In this document: piece by piece, positions 26,121 to 37,902 of the stretch
Position numbering within the stretch: the first letter of the stretch is position 1
How the letters are laid out: every line of letters starts with the position of its first letter
DNA from: Lama glama
Taxonomy: Eukaryota
Reading direction: 5' to 3'
Length of the DNA stretch: 64,000 nucleotides
Assembly (NCBI GenBank): GCA_028534125.1
Contig: CM052838.1
Span: 7,316,001-7,380,000, forward strand
The notes under the pieces: generated by a model
Told to the model about the DNA's origin: nothing
The model's database searches: none
The model's input: only the letters and a program-made list of their open reading frames with translations
Position numbers and translations under genes: made by a program

Positions 26121-28089
26121 AGAGCCCACATTTTTTTGCTGCTTCTCTGCATTCCCAGCATTAGTGAAAGGCTGCTGGAGTGTAGTCAGGACTTCTGCCC
26201 AAGGATGTGAGAGCTCAGTATCTGAGGAGGATCATTTTACTTTTACTTCCAGCTTAAATTCCAGTTCCTTCCTTTGCATTGACTTTGGGTTGTAAGACAG
26301 TTGCCTCCGTGCTGACGTCGGTGTAGGGCAAGTCTTTTGTTACCCAGATGTTCGAGGACAGAGCACCGCACCTGCGACCTCAAGGAGCATGGTGAAACTC
26401 GCAGTGTTAGGAAATTGAGATGATTGAATACAGCCCAGAATTTGGTAGAGCAGGAAGGCCCATCAGGAAGTGCCTGAGAACACAGCTCCTGGGGTGCAGG
26501 CCTGGGTATAGGATGGGAGGGAATGAGAGCAGGAACTCAGGTGCCCCCTGCAGCTTTTGCTAAGCTAGGAACACCCTTGAATCTCAGAGAACCACCAGAG
26601 TCTTCTTCCAGGGTACCCAGTGCGTGTCTCCAGTCAATAGTCAGGGCCAAGCAGTATGAATCTAGACTGTTCCTAGGGGCCAGTCTAATTTATCTTTAGA
26701 AGAGCTGTTGGTGTATGCCAACGAAATCCGTCCAACTCTGAAGAATTTGATGATGTTCATTTGGATGGAGGCAGTTCTGGCTGTTTGTGTGAGGGAGAGA
26801 GAGAGGCACAGAAAGGAAAACCGCCTTCAAAAATCAGCAGACACACATCCACACACCAGTCTTCTGATGCCAACCTTGGAAAACTTCATCATTAATATAA
26901 ATCAGTTCCTTCCGAAACGGCGCACTATGGAATTGACTGTATCCATAAACATTTCTGTCTTTGAGACACAACAAACTTTCATTTCAACTTTTGCAAAATT
27001 GTTCTCCNNNNNNNNNNNNNNNNNNNNNNNNNNNNNNNNNNNNNNNNNNNNNNNNNNNNNNNNNNNNNNNNNNNNNNNNNNNNNNNNNNNNNNNNNNNNN
27101 NNNNNNNNNNNNNNNNNNNNNNNNNNNNNNNNNNNNNNNNNNNNNNNNNNNNNNNNNNNNNNNNNNNNNNNNNNNNNNNNNNNNNNNNNNNNNNNNNNNN
27201 NNNNNNNNNNNNNNNNNNNNNNNNNNNNNNNNNNNNNNNNNNNNNNNNNNNNNNNNNNNNNNNNNNNNNNNNNNNNNNNNNNNNNNNNNNNNNNNNNNNN
27301 NNNNNNNNNNNNNNNNNNNNNNNNNNNNNNNNNNNNNNNNNNNNNNNNNNNNNNNNNNNNNNNNNNNNNNNNNNNNNNNNNNNNNNNNNNNNNNNNNNNN
27401 NNNNNNNNNNNNNNNNNNNNNNNNNNNNNNNNNNNNNNNNNNNNNNNNNNNNNNNNNNNNNNNNNNNNNNNNNNNNNNNNNNNNNNNNNNNNNNNNNNNN
27501 NNNNNNNCCTTAGTAAAACCCTGATTTTTCAGCCCCTGCTGAGTTTGTGGCATTTCTTTTTCTCCGCGTTCAAGATCAGGAAAACGTAGCCTGTTCATCT
27601 GACGTTCAATTACACGAATCTTTACATCTCTTCAGTTTGAAGGAAGCTGGTTTTTTTTAAAGTAAAAACCCATTGATAAAGCCAGAGGGGAAGCTTTTAG
27701 GATAACTTCCCTGAATTTTTCTTTCTGAAGACAAATTATGCCCGTGGTTTTAAATAGTTCGGGCACAGCTCCTGAATACAGCAGAGAGCATTGCCCACAC
27801 TTCTGCATAATTAGTTGCAGGGAATATACCCTAAATCCGCATACACAGTCCTGCAAAATCCAGGGAAACAGGTCCCTTATGCTCAGCACCCCACACAGGC
27901 TCCTTCCACAATCACTGAGCAGGAAGTGGCCAAGGAACCATCGCAGCAGGGTCCGCGTGGTTTCCTCGCTCTGTCCAGCTGGCCGCATGGCTGAGTACCT
28001 GCTCTCTCCGTGGTAAAGGTAATCCACTTTACCTGGCACATCAGCCACCACGAAGCATTCACTAACATAAGTGCAGAGAGTAGGGGAGT

Positions 28090-28310
28090 GAATTGGAAGC
28101 ACCTAACTCTAGACCCAGTCCTGCTCCTAACTCACTCCACAACCCTGGGCAGAACTCAGTCACCTCTGGGCTCGAGCTTCCCCACGTCTGAACAAGGGTC
28201 TGTAACATCCCCGCCAGCGTGGGTAGTCCGGTTTTACGATATCCACCTGCTAAACTTCCTAGCAGTATAAACATGCTGATGCTGCCAAACATGCCTGAAT
28301 GTCAGGAGCT
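28090..28310 (+). mobile_element. MIR SINE (degenerate)
   Basis: CCCTGGGCAGAACTCAGTCACCTCTGGGCTCGAGCTTCCC.ACGTCTG. Confidence 0.5.
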
Positions 28311-29526
28311 GAGTTGTGCTCGTCTATTCCCCAGAAACTTTGGGGTCAGGCGCTGTCCTAGGTCCTGACGGGCACAAATGTGACTGGGGCACAGGCTGCT
28401 TCTTCCAGGAAGAGACACTGATGCAGACGGCTGCTACGAAACTCCGGGGAGACGTGAGGGAGCTGGACACAGAGCACTGTGGGGACAGGTTTGCAGGTTG
28501 CAGAGCTGGAGGTCGAAGGGGAAGCCCTGGAGGAGGAGATGCCGGTGGTCCTGTGAAGGGGCCAGCAGTGGAGGGGTGTCTCTGAACTTCTGAAGCCCAG
28601 GAGAACCAAGTTCAGCCCAGTGCAGAGAAATGCCTTGATCCCTAATGAGGCGGGACCTCGCCTCTGTGCTCCACTGTCCTAGCTGGACCCCGTGATGGGA
28701 GCTCTGAATTCCTGCAGCCAACTTTAGAAGACAGAGCATTAGGACAAACTATTGCTCTCACTCCTCTGAGAAAGGCCCTGGACAGCAGATCTAACATAAG
28801 TGACAAAGGGACTAAAGTTAGACTAAAGGACATTTGGAATCCCCATTGTGTAACTCAACTATCCCATATACTGTTGTTGTGTGTCTGTGGAGGGATCTGT
28901 GAGGCCGCTGTATGAAACAGCTCACTGTACACTGCATTACTCCCTTCAAAGCTTGGGCTTTGAACATTGCCATTCTGCCCAATGACCAAATGCCTCTGCC
29001 TTTCACTGCGACAGAAGCAGGGACCGCCCTGGTCATGGTCCCAGGCCTCAGTCTCGAGCCCTGGACTTACTATTGCAAAGTTGGGAGACGGGCCGGGACA
29101 GAGAGGAGGGCTGCTCACCCAAGGTCTTCAGGAAATTCGGTCAGATTTTTGGAATGTCTGCCCGTCGTCTCTCCTGCATGGATAGAATCACAGGTGGGAG
29201 AGCAAAAGTGGGCTCAACTGTTGAACAAGGCTCTTCTCTTGTTGAACAGTTATTGGCAATGTGAGCTAAATGTGTCTCTTTCTCCCACGCCAAAGCCCCA
29301 GGCAAATAACCACCCACTGGGAAGTAAGTGCGTCCGGCCAGCAGGTGCATGCAGCTGTGGGGCTCAGTTCTAGGACTCCGGTGGGCACCACTGGGTCCCA
29401 CATCACCCCACCATTCTTACAGAGTCTGAGCTTCAACTTCTTTTAGAAGGTCCCCAGATCATCCATGCTTTCTCTACTGTGAAACAAATGCTGTTGGCTC
29501 GTGTGTTGTAAAAATGTATTCCTGGT

Positions 29527-29610
29527 CGGGAGAGGAGCTACCTCAGCGGTAGAGCACATGCTTAGCATGCACAAGGCCCTGGGTTCAATCCCCAGTCCCT
29601 CCATTAAAAA
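29527..29610 (+). mobile_element. Short vic-1-type SINE (tRNA head + poly(A))
   Basis: CTCAGCGGTAGAGCACATGCTTAGCATGCACAAGGCCCTGGGTTCAATCCCCAG; perfect 17-bp TSD AAAAATGTATTCCTGGT at 29510-29526 and 29611-29627. Confidence 0.92.
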
Positions 29611-30634
29611 AAAAATGTATTCCTGGTTCAACTCTGGACAGCTTAGTGAAGCTCAGAATGAGTCCTTACTGAAGTGGAAGTAGCAAAAAAGGCAGCAAAA
29701 TAGAAAAAGCCCAGCGTTGTTGTTTTCTGGGACCTGTTGACCGAGTGCTGGGTGCGGTGTCCCTCTGCTTCACAGCGGGATGTGCCTCATTGCAGCAAGA
29801 GGTGGTCTCTTCCTGAACCACTGGTCCCATCTCAGCACGGACGGTTCTCATTAGAGCCCGTCTTCAGCCTGTCTGCCTCCTCCCTGCACAGGAGAGGACT
29901 CCCATCTCGCAACAGATGGTCCTGTGGTGTCTTCCTGCTACGGAAACCTTTGTGTCCAGTCTCACTGGGTTAAGTGCATTACTGTAAGCAAAGATTCTCC
30001 GAGCAGCTTTATTCTGTGTGGCAGATATTTGAATGAACTCCCTAGCGCAAGTGGAGTGGTTTCTGACATTGAGAGGTTGTTTCAGATTGGGAGGAACTGC
30101 ACAGCGATTCTGGGGCCCCCTCTTTCCTAAGCGGCCAAACTGCTTCAGCTGGCATTCTAGTCTCCATACGTAATAGAAGCTCTTGGTCCTTTCTGTCTTT
30201 GCTGCTTCAGTCTTTACCACTGGATGGAACACAGAACTGGTTGACTGTAACCATCAGGTTAGCCAGGAGCAAGCACTCCCGCTGCTTTTTGCAGACAATT
30301 TTGCTGTTTGGTTGTGCCTGCAAAACCAGCTGAGCCCCAAACAAGGACCACGTTCCTCTGGAGGAGGCTGTGAAATTCCTAGTTAGTGGGACACGTGTGC
30401 AATCTGTGCTTCTTAAGTGGTCCCTCACCAAGACGTGGTTAGAACTTGACCATTCCTGGGGGGGAGTCTCAGGGAACAAGATTCTTTGTGAGCTGTGGAT
30501 GCCTTCATGTCTCTCGGCCCTCTTTCCAAAAAGGTCATCACCACTAACATCATGGAGACATGTTGTATGGATTTTGCCACATTTTAAGAATTTCTTTAGA
30601 AAAAATAAAGTGAGAAGAGAGAGCATGAACTTTT

Positions 30635-31112
30635 GGATCCAAACTTAGTTGCACCTGAGAATCATTTGGAAAAAAAAATTTAAATACAGCACAGTCACAT
30701 TTTAATGCAAATTTGTAGTCACAAAATATTATGACTAATGTTCCATTTATGCACAAAGTTTCAAATAATGTGACTCCCTTGAGATTTTAAAAGTTAAACA
30801 AGAATCACAGTGTCAACTCTGGGAGGCCAAGAGAACGATAAAGCCAGGTGGCAGTGTTAACATTAGCTGACAAACAGAAATACAGTGTTGCTGTGGGAAA
30901 ACAAATCAAGATTTGTAAATTTTGAATTATGGAATGTTGCCAAAAATGTGACCCTCATATAAACTGCACCATTCTGTACAGAATCCTAGGCCCTTCACAG
31001 GACTGTATGATTGGCTGTGTCTAGAGTTGAATCCGAGCAATTCGTATTTTTAAAAGCCCCCTGGAATTTCTAAGACTGGTGGTCTATGCATCATTGTTTA
31101 AAAACCAGTGGT
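30635..31112. mobile_element. MER5B-like MITE interrupted by a TA-flanked Tc1/mariner(Tigger)-like insert at 30687-30976
   Basis: CAAACTTAGTTGCA..GAATCA..TGG..AAATA|insert|CAGAATCCTAGGCCC; the insert has CAG...CTG ends between TA dinucleotides. Confidence 0.55.
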
Positions 31113-31129
31113 CCTTCATAAAGGAATAA

Positions 31130-33060
31130 GCACATTCATTCTGTAAAAAAAATTAATTAACACATATTATGGGCTAAGTTCTGGGGATATAAGATAAAAT
31201 AAAAATATAGTGACCATGTGGGAGCTTACGTTCTAGTGAAGAGTTCAGATGATTAAATAAGCAGTTCCTGGATGCACCTGGAGATCATCATTCTAAGTGA
31301 AGGAAGCCAGAAAGAGAAGGGAAAATACCATACGATATCATTCATATGTGGAATCTAAAAAAAAGAAAGAAAAGAAAAAGAAAAAAGAGGACACTAATGA
31401 ACTCATCTACAAAACAGAAACAGACTTGCAGACACACTAAACAATTTTATGGTTACCAGGGGAAAGGGGGTAGGAAGGGATAAATTTGGGAGTTTGAGAT
31501 TTGCAAAGGTTAACCACTATGTATATAAATAGATAAAAAAACAAATTTCTTCTATATAGCACAGGGAACTTTATTCAGTATCTTGTAATAGCCTTTAATG
31601 AAAAAGAATATGAAAACAAATATATGTATATATGTATATATATATATATGCATGACTGGGACATTGTGCTGTTCACCAGAAACTAACACGTTGTGACTGA
31701 CTATACCACAATCAAAAAAACTATTCAGTTACAATAAAGGGTCCTACACATATGACAGGGCATACAGGGCATTTGGGGACATGCCAGGGCACTTCACTGA
31801 AGCGGGTCTATGAAATGATTCTCAATGGATGGAAAGAAACCAATTAAAGGAGGAAGAGTGTTTCTGCGTAGCAGAGAATCCATTGAGGCCCAGAGCAGAG
31901 CAGGAAAGAGCACTGGATTCAAGTGACGGAAATGAGTTCAAGGTGGCGTAAATTCAGAGTCGGGGTGGAGAAATGGCGATGGATGAAACTACTGCACGGG
32001 CGAGGGCCAGGTCAGGAGGGACCTGCTAAGCCTATGGGGAGCCTGGCCGTCCTCCGAAGGGAAAGTGAGGGAAGAGGAGGCCCTCTCTGACTGTAGCACG
32101 CATCATGGGACGGGTTGAGTTGGACCGTGGAGGGAAGTTCAGGTTCCTCTGTCCATGGTCCAAGTGGGAGGGGACAGAGGCAGGGGGCAGGTAGCGGTCA
32201 CTGCAGTAGGATATTTAGAAGAAATACTCTACAGACCTTGGTGATGAATCAGATGGGAAGAAGAAAAGAGAGATGCTAAGAATGATTCCCAAGGACCTGG
32301 CCAGTAGAAATGTGCATAGTGGTACCTGTCCTGACTGAGGACTGAGCTGGGAGATGTTGCCTGCACTAGGGAAGGCTGAATTTGTGGTGTCTGGGGTGTC
32401 CAGGAGGCAGATGGTACCAGGTAGGAGATGTGTCTGGACTAGAAAGTCACCGGTGGGCTTTGAAACCATAACAGTAGATGAGATTGCTCAGTGACTGTTT
32501 GCAGGGTGAAAAGAGGAGCCATCAGAAGAGATCTCTGGGAAAATGCCAGTGAAGCCTGGTGGAGGAAGCCTTGAAAGGGTGTGGAGAGATGGGAGGAAAC
32601 CAGCTGGAGTGTGCTGAGTTGGAAGCCAAGAAGGGTGTCAACCGTGGAGGAATAGTCAACCATGCCCGAGGCTCCCAAGAGTAAGATGAAGACCAGAAAG
32701 TGCCTATTAGATTCAGCAACTGGAAGATCATGGGCAATTGATCTAGGGGTTTGGGTGAGTAATGGGAGGAGACGTTGGATTAGAGTGAGCTGAAGAGAGA
32801 GAAAGGTGGTCATGGGGGAGGGGCATGAATGCAGATGACTGTTCTAAAAGCTTGGCTCTGAAAGAGAGAGGAAAAGGGGCTGCCGACATGCTTGCTCTTG
32901 CTTTGGGAGGTATTTTAAGGTTGGTGAGGCTTAGACGTATTTAAATGGTGATGGAAAGAACCCAGAAGAAAGGGGTGGGGTGGTCATTGGGAGTGTTCAC
33001 TGAGGAGTGAGCACAGGCTGCGGGTCTGGCTCCACCACTGTCTGGTTGAACTTGAACTTG
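31130..33060 (-). mobile_element. L2 LINE (host of the L1 above)
   Basis: CATTCATT end, GGAGCTTACGTTCTAGTG, purine-rich antisense L2 body (GGAATAGTCAACCATGCC...GATTCAGCAACTGGAAGATCAT). Confidence 0.75.
31268..31720 (+). mobile_element. Camelid/artiodactyl L1 3' fragment inserted in an L2
   Basis: CTGGAG ATCATCATTCTAAGTGAAG.AAGCCAGAAAGAGAA; 3' UTR and A-tail. Confidence 0.9.
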
Positions 33061-33199
33061 AGTGCGCCGCCTAATCTGGACTACAGCATCCTTACCTGTA
33101 AGTGGTAGGGTTTCTCTGTGTCTGTGGTTTTCAAACTGCACCCCTTGAAGCTGTCTCAGCGCACTCATGTTTCAGCTTCAACCACAGCAACTTGACCTC

Positions 33200-34590
33200 C
33201 CATGTGTTTTTTTTTTAAACAATTGTTTTTAAACAATTTTTATTTTCGCCATTTAATGCATGTACATACCTTGGAAAAGCCACATGGTAGTAAAAGAATT
33301 AGCATTTAAAAAAACAGTAACTCCTGCTCTACACCTGCTCACTCTCGACCACTCCCAGTTCTTGTGGGTATTTATTTCCTTTGGTGTTTCTGCCCATTTA
33401 CCTAAATTAACCTCTCATCACCGTGTTTCATAAATGTAAACATACATTGGTTTCTGCTCCACCCATCCTCACTTGGCTTGACTCTGTTCCCTCCAACCTA
33501 AAGCCACCCGTTTCTGGTTGATCGTGTTTATTATAAGCATGCAGATGTCACCACTTACTTGCTCTCCCCTGTTGAGGACAGCCTGCGTTTCCCCTGCCAG
33601 CAGCATTCGCCTCTTTTGTCTCATTTACCTTGATTTCCATTCGTGATTGCAGCTTTTCCTGAAATGTTCCACCGTCTCAAAAACCTGTCAGCACTTTCCC
33701 TGTGCTTGCTCAGTCACGAGACTCCTCCCCCAGCCCTCCGTGGCTCCCTGGTCACTGTCCCATCCCGGGATGCTCTGCATCCTCGCCTGTGGTGGAGCCC
33801 TGTGCCCTGCTGTTGTGGTTTCCTCTTCCTCGGTTTCCGCCCTGGTTTCTGTGCAGCCGATCCTCCAGGGGCTTGGAGACAATGTCTCCAGTTCTGCCTG
33901 ACTGAGGGTATCTTTATTTTGCCCTCATATCCCATTGATGGTTGGCTGGTTTTAGAATTCTGGCTTGAAAAAATTTTTCCTTGCAAACTTTAGTAGAAGC
34001 CGTTATTGTCTGGCTTCCATTTTTGTTGTTGAGAGCGCTGATGCTACTGTGATGCCCTGTCCTTTGACCAATTCTGTTTCGTTTCTCTCTGGAGCCTGTA
34101 AGTCCTATCTTTATCCTTTTACTCGTGGTTCTTTATTTCATTTTCCTTGGTACTTGATGGGCCCTTGCGTTGTGAAGACTCATCCTGTGATTCTAAATTC
34201 CGTAATTCTAAAAACTCTCTTGAATCATTTATTTTAGAATATACTCCACTTCATGTTTCCCAGCGTTCTCTTTCTGTTGTTTCTTTTAGGTTAATATTGG
34301 ACCTTACGTGTTCTTCAATAAAAAAGGAAGAGTGAAAAAATAAAGAACTCTCTCTTTATATTAAAAATATATATTGGACCTTCTGGCTTGACCTCATTTT
34401 ATCTTTTCTTTCCTTCTCTCTCTCTCTTGCTCTCACTCTTTCCACCTCGAGATTGTCTTGACTTTATCTTCTAATTCTTCTATTAATTCTTTTAATTTGG
34501 CTATTCTCTATTTAATTTGCAAGATTATTTCCATCTTTATAGCCATTCATCCTTGTGTCGTGGATGCAATTTCTTCTCTTTTCTCTCTAA
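33200..34590 (-). mobile_element. Old L1ME-like fragment
   Basis: T-rich; TCTTTATTTTGCCCTCA...GGCTGG..TAGAATTCT; TTGTCTGGCTTCCATT..TGTTGAGA. Confidence 0.6.
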
Positions 34591-34599
34591 GGCTGTTAT

Positions 34600-34920
34600 C
34601 TCTCCCACAACCCCAACTGGGTGAACCCTACCTAGCCTTCAAGGTCCAACTCAAAATCCTATTATGAGACCTTCTCCAATCGGTCTGGCTCTCTCCACTA
34701 GATTAGAATTCCATAGCATTATTACATTCCACACCATCTAATAGGTAACTTCATTGAAACCTGCATTGCTTCCTAGTGAGGAATCATCCTGTCTCCCCAG
34801 CTGTACCATAATCTCTTCAAGAGGAGGGACTGTTTACTTGGTCTGTATCTGCTCCAGTGCCTTGTCTAGAATTGTGACTGTAACAAGTGGTAAGTAGGTT
34901 CTTGTTGATTTTAAATAAAT
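34600..34920 (+). mobile_element. L2 3' end
   Basis: CCTTCAAGGTCCAACTCAAA...AGGGACTGT...CCAGTGCCT...TTGTTGA. Confidence 0.6.
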
Positions 34921-36416
34921 GACAAGCCATCCTAATCCCACCAAGCCAGGCTCACCCCAGTCAGTTTATTTAAAGGCATCAAAATCATAGGTATTTGATA
35001 AATAATATGAGTGTAGAACTTGGAAGGTTTGATAGTTCTCCCTCCCTTGCACAGTGTTTCATTTGCACCTAATTCAGCAGCAGTAGTTCAGTGACTTGCT
35101 TTCATTAAGTCTTCCTTGAAACTCTCAACTTAGATTTCATAGGCAAAGCGCAACTTTCTTTTCTCACTTATATTTCATTGGTTTAGGAAATATTTAATTG
35201 AATTACACTCTTAAAACAACCAAGAGCAATTGACATAAGCAGGATTGGAAGCAGACACATTGAAATCTTGGCCAACACGTGATTCAGTCAGTAGGGCGGG
35301 GGCATGTTGAACAGCAACCTGCCGGCCTCAGACCTTTACTCCGCCAGGAGTGAAGGGCACTGGACTGTCAAGTCAGCCAAGTGGAATTCAGTCAAGAGAT
35401 ATCTACCATGCTCTGTTCCTGGTGTACCAAGAAGAAGTCTTTGGCAGAAATGGATTTGTGCTCATCATGCCTCTCACGTGCCCTTGTCATTAAGGGCATG
35501 CGCAGGCCAGGTACCCAAGCCAGCTGATGTGGATTAGCACACAGTCTTTGGTCTTAAAACCACACTAGGCTCACTGGCACTGGGGCCAATCATCTTGGTC
35601 TCATTAGATCCAAAATCTACCCACCTGGTCTGTAATTCTCTGACCCTGGGTCCTCAAAGGGTCCCAGAGATGGATCCCCACTCACCTCCCACTTAAGTCA
35701 GCAGTTTGGGCCGTCACCACACAGCCACATCTGCACACCTCCTGTTCCCCACCACTTCAACAACCAGCACACTTTGGATGAATCAAATATAGATTCTCAA
35801 AGAGGAAGTGAGGGGTCCAGCTGACTTTGTGTGGCCCCTGTCACAACATGAATCATTTTTTTATAATAAAGGGAACTTGGAAGTCCTCCCTGTGTTACGT
35901 TTCCATAAAAAGGACAACCTCTAAGTTTAGTTAAAATAGATTGACATTAACGACAGGAAAGAATGTTTATATTTCCTGTTGATCGTACTCAGGCAACTGG
36001 CATCACTTTGTAGCCACCACAGTCACAGCCATGAATGAAGACGCCCCTGGCCACCGTCCCCAAGGGAAAGAAGACTGTTCTCTGAATCGGGGCTTGAGAA
36101 AACCCCATGGAAAACGCAGCCGAAGTACTGTGTGAAAATTGCATTGCAAACAGAAATATCAACCTGCAGTCAGAAGAAAGCTCCGTGCATGTAAAGTCAA
36201 AATGGAATCAATCCAGTTGAATTGGTGTCATGGTAAAGTTAGTGATTTGAATGCTTCACCTGTTGCTAGTTTAGAAGCAACATTAAGACACTGAGTTCAG
36301 TGAAAGGCGATGAGTGTTCTTCTATGGGTAACCCACAGTTGGGTAATGAACAAAGGCAGAGTTCATTTTAAATTGATGGAAAGAACAAACAAAATTAAAT
36401 TTAAAATCACATCGTT

Positions 36417-36545
36417 GGGGAGTGGGTAGAGCTTAGTGGTAGAGCGTGTGCATGAGGTCCTGGGTTCAATCCCCAGTACCGCCATTAAATAAATAAACAA
36501 ATACAAAAGTAAATGCATAAATAAACCTAATTACCCCCAATAAAG
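36417..36545 (+). mobile_element. vic-1-type SINE
   Basis: TAGAGCTTAGTGG, GGTTCAATCCCC, tail AATAAACCTAATTACC; degenerate TSD TAAAATCA(C/A)ATC. Confidence 0.88.
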
Positions 36546-37653
36546 TAAAATCAAATCATGTCAAATCCCCTTTGACTCCTGTTCTCCATTTTCCCCTTTG
36601 CTGCTGCATTTTAATGCTATGAGGCATAGGCTGCAGCTGCTCCCCACGCTAGTGTGTTTGGCTCAGTCTAGTTCCATTTTTTTCTCTCTGACTCCGTCCT
36701 CACACGCTGGTACATTGGCCACACCAGGCCCTGCCGTGAGGCTGCACGGTGATGGCTGTGGGGGCAGCGTGTGCTCACCAGTCCAGCTCCTTGGCCTGGC
36801 TCTTGGGGCGCAGCAGAACGATGCTCTCTGCTCACCGCTCCCTGGGGCCGCTGCAGCTGTGTGTGGAGCCAACCCCTCTCCATGCTCTCTCTGCCTTCTC
36901 TGTCCCACAGCCTCCTCTCCCATCTTCTTCTGCCTGGGGAAACCTGCCTTTATTTTTCTTAAGTAGTCTGTCAAATAGCAATGCTCCTTCCCCTAGAATC
37001 TAGAACAGAGGCGTTGGGAAACGTTCTTCTGCAGGTGTCTCCTCATCGCCTTCTCTCTTAAGATGCTAAGCTCTTGGATCTGCTCACTCCTCCTGTGCTG
37101 GCGCCTCAGACAGCCTGGAGGCAGGACCTGCCACACGGTGAAATGGCCAACTCTAAAGTGGCCTCATGGAGGAAATGTGTAGATCGCTAACACCACGTAC
37201 ATCATAGCCCAAACGTATTCCATGTAGCCAGGAAATGACTGGCGCTGTCTGACCACACAGACAATTCCACTTGGGGGCAAATTTTAAAAAAAACATATTT
37301 CAGTGATTCCTCTTCAAGTATTCAGTCTCCTGAGAAGAAAAGGTCTGATGAGTCCCTTCTCTTTCTAACCCTTAGTCATGGGACTGGGCCTCCTTCCGTC
37401 AGACAGTCCCACTAGAACCATCAATTCCAGCCCCAACAGAACAGAAGGAAGAACCCGTGGCAGCAGATCCTTGGGCAACCCTTGGTTCAATGGACTAAAG
37501 CAGTCGATTGAGAAGCTTGAATAGAAAGATGTTTATTAAAAATAAGAAGAAATAAAAAGGCTCTCCACCCCTCCCTCTATCTGCTAAAAAGTAAATAAAT
37601 AAACTGGGTATAGGGGGAAAAATATACATGGTCTGTCTCAGCCCGAGAATATA

Positions 37654-37785
37654 NNNNNNNNNNNNNNNNNNNNNNNNNNNNNNNNNNNNNNNNNNNNNNN
37701 NNNNNNNNNNNNNNNNNNNNNNNNNNNNNNNNNNNNNNNNNNNNNNNNNNNNNNNNNNNNNNNNNNNNNNNNNNNNNNNNNNNNN
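37654..37785. other. Assembly gap (132 N) covering the acceptor and 5' part of the first visible SLC35F3 exon
   Basis: N run directly abuts coding sequence. Other gaps: 487-986, 4927-5094, ~27008-27507, 56205-56389, 56592-56739, 57238-57367. Confidence 0.95.
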
Positions 37786-37902
37786 TTACATGCAATAAAG
37801 ACAATAAACACCACGGACGCCTCCGTGTTGTTCTGCTGCAACAGAGCTTTTGTGTTCTTGCTCTCATGGATTGTTCTCAGGGACAGGTTCATGGGCGTGA
37901 GG
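37786..37902 (+). CDS. SLC35F3: SLC35F3 coding exon (human exon 4 equivalent), 5' part hidden in N gap 37654-37785
   Basis: Translates LHAIKTINTTDASVLFCCNRAFVFLLSWIVLRDRFMGVR; ends at donor AGG|GTAAGT (phase 0) and joins in frame to the next exon IVAAILAI. Matches the remembered SLC35F3 sequence. Not in the ORF track in this frame. Confidence 0.93.

Noticed and set aside
6351-36545. tRNA-like sequences as tRNA genes
   Set aside because: A-rich tails, TSDs and mutated stems show they are SINEs.
1-37653. Upstream SLC35F3 exon (…KKIFWGVAVV…NWNFLFFP…)
   Set aside because: Not found in the ORF track or by eye; presumably 5' of the window or in a gap.
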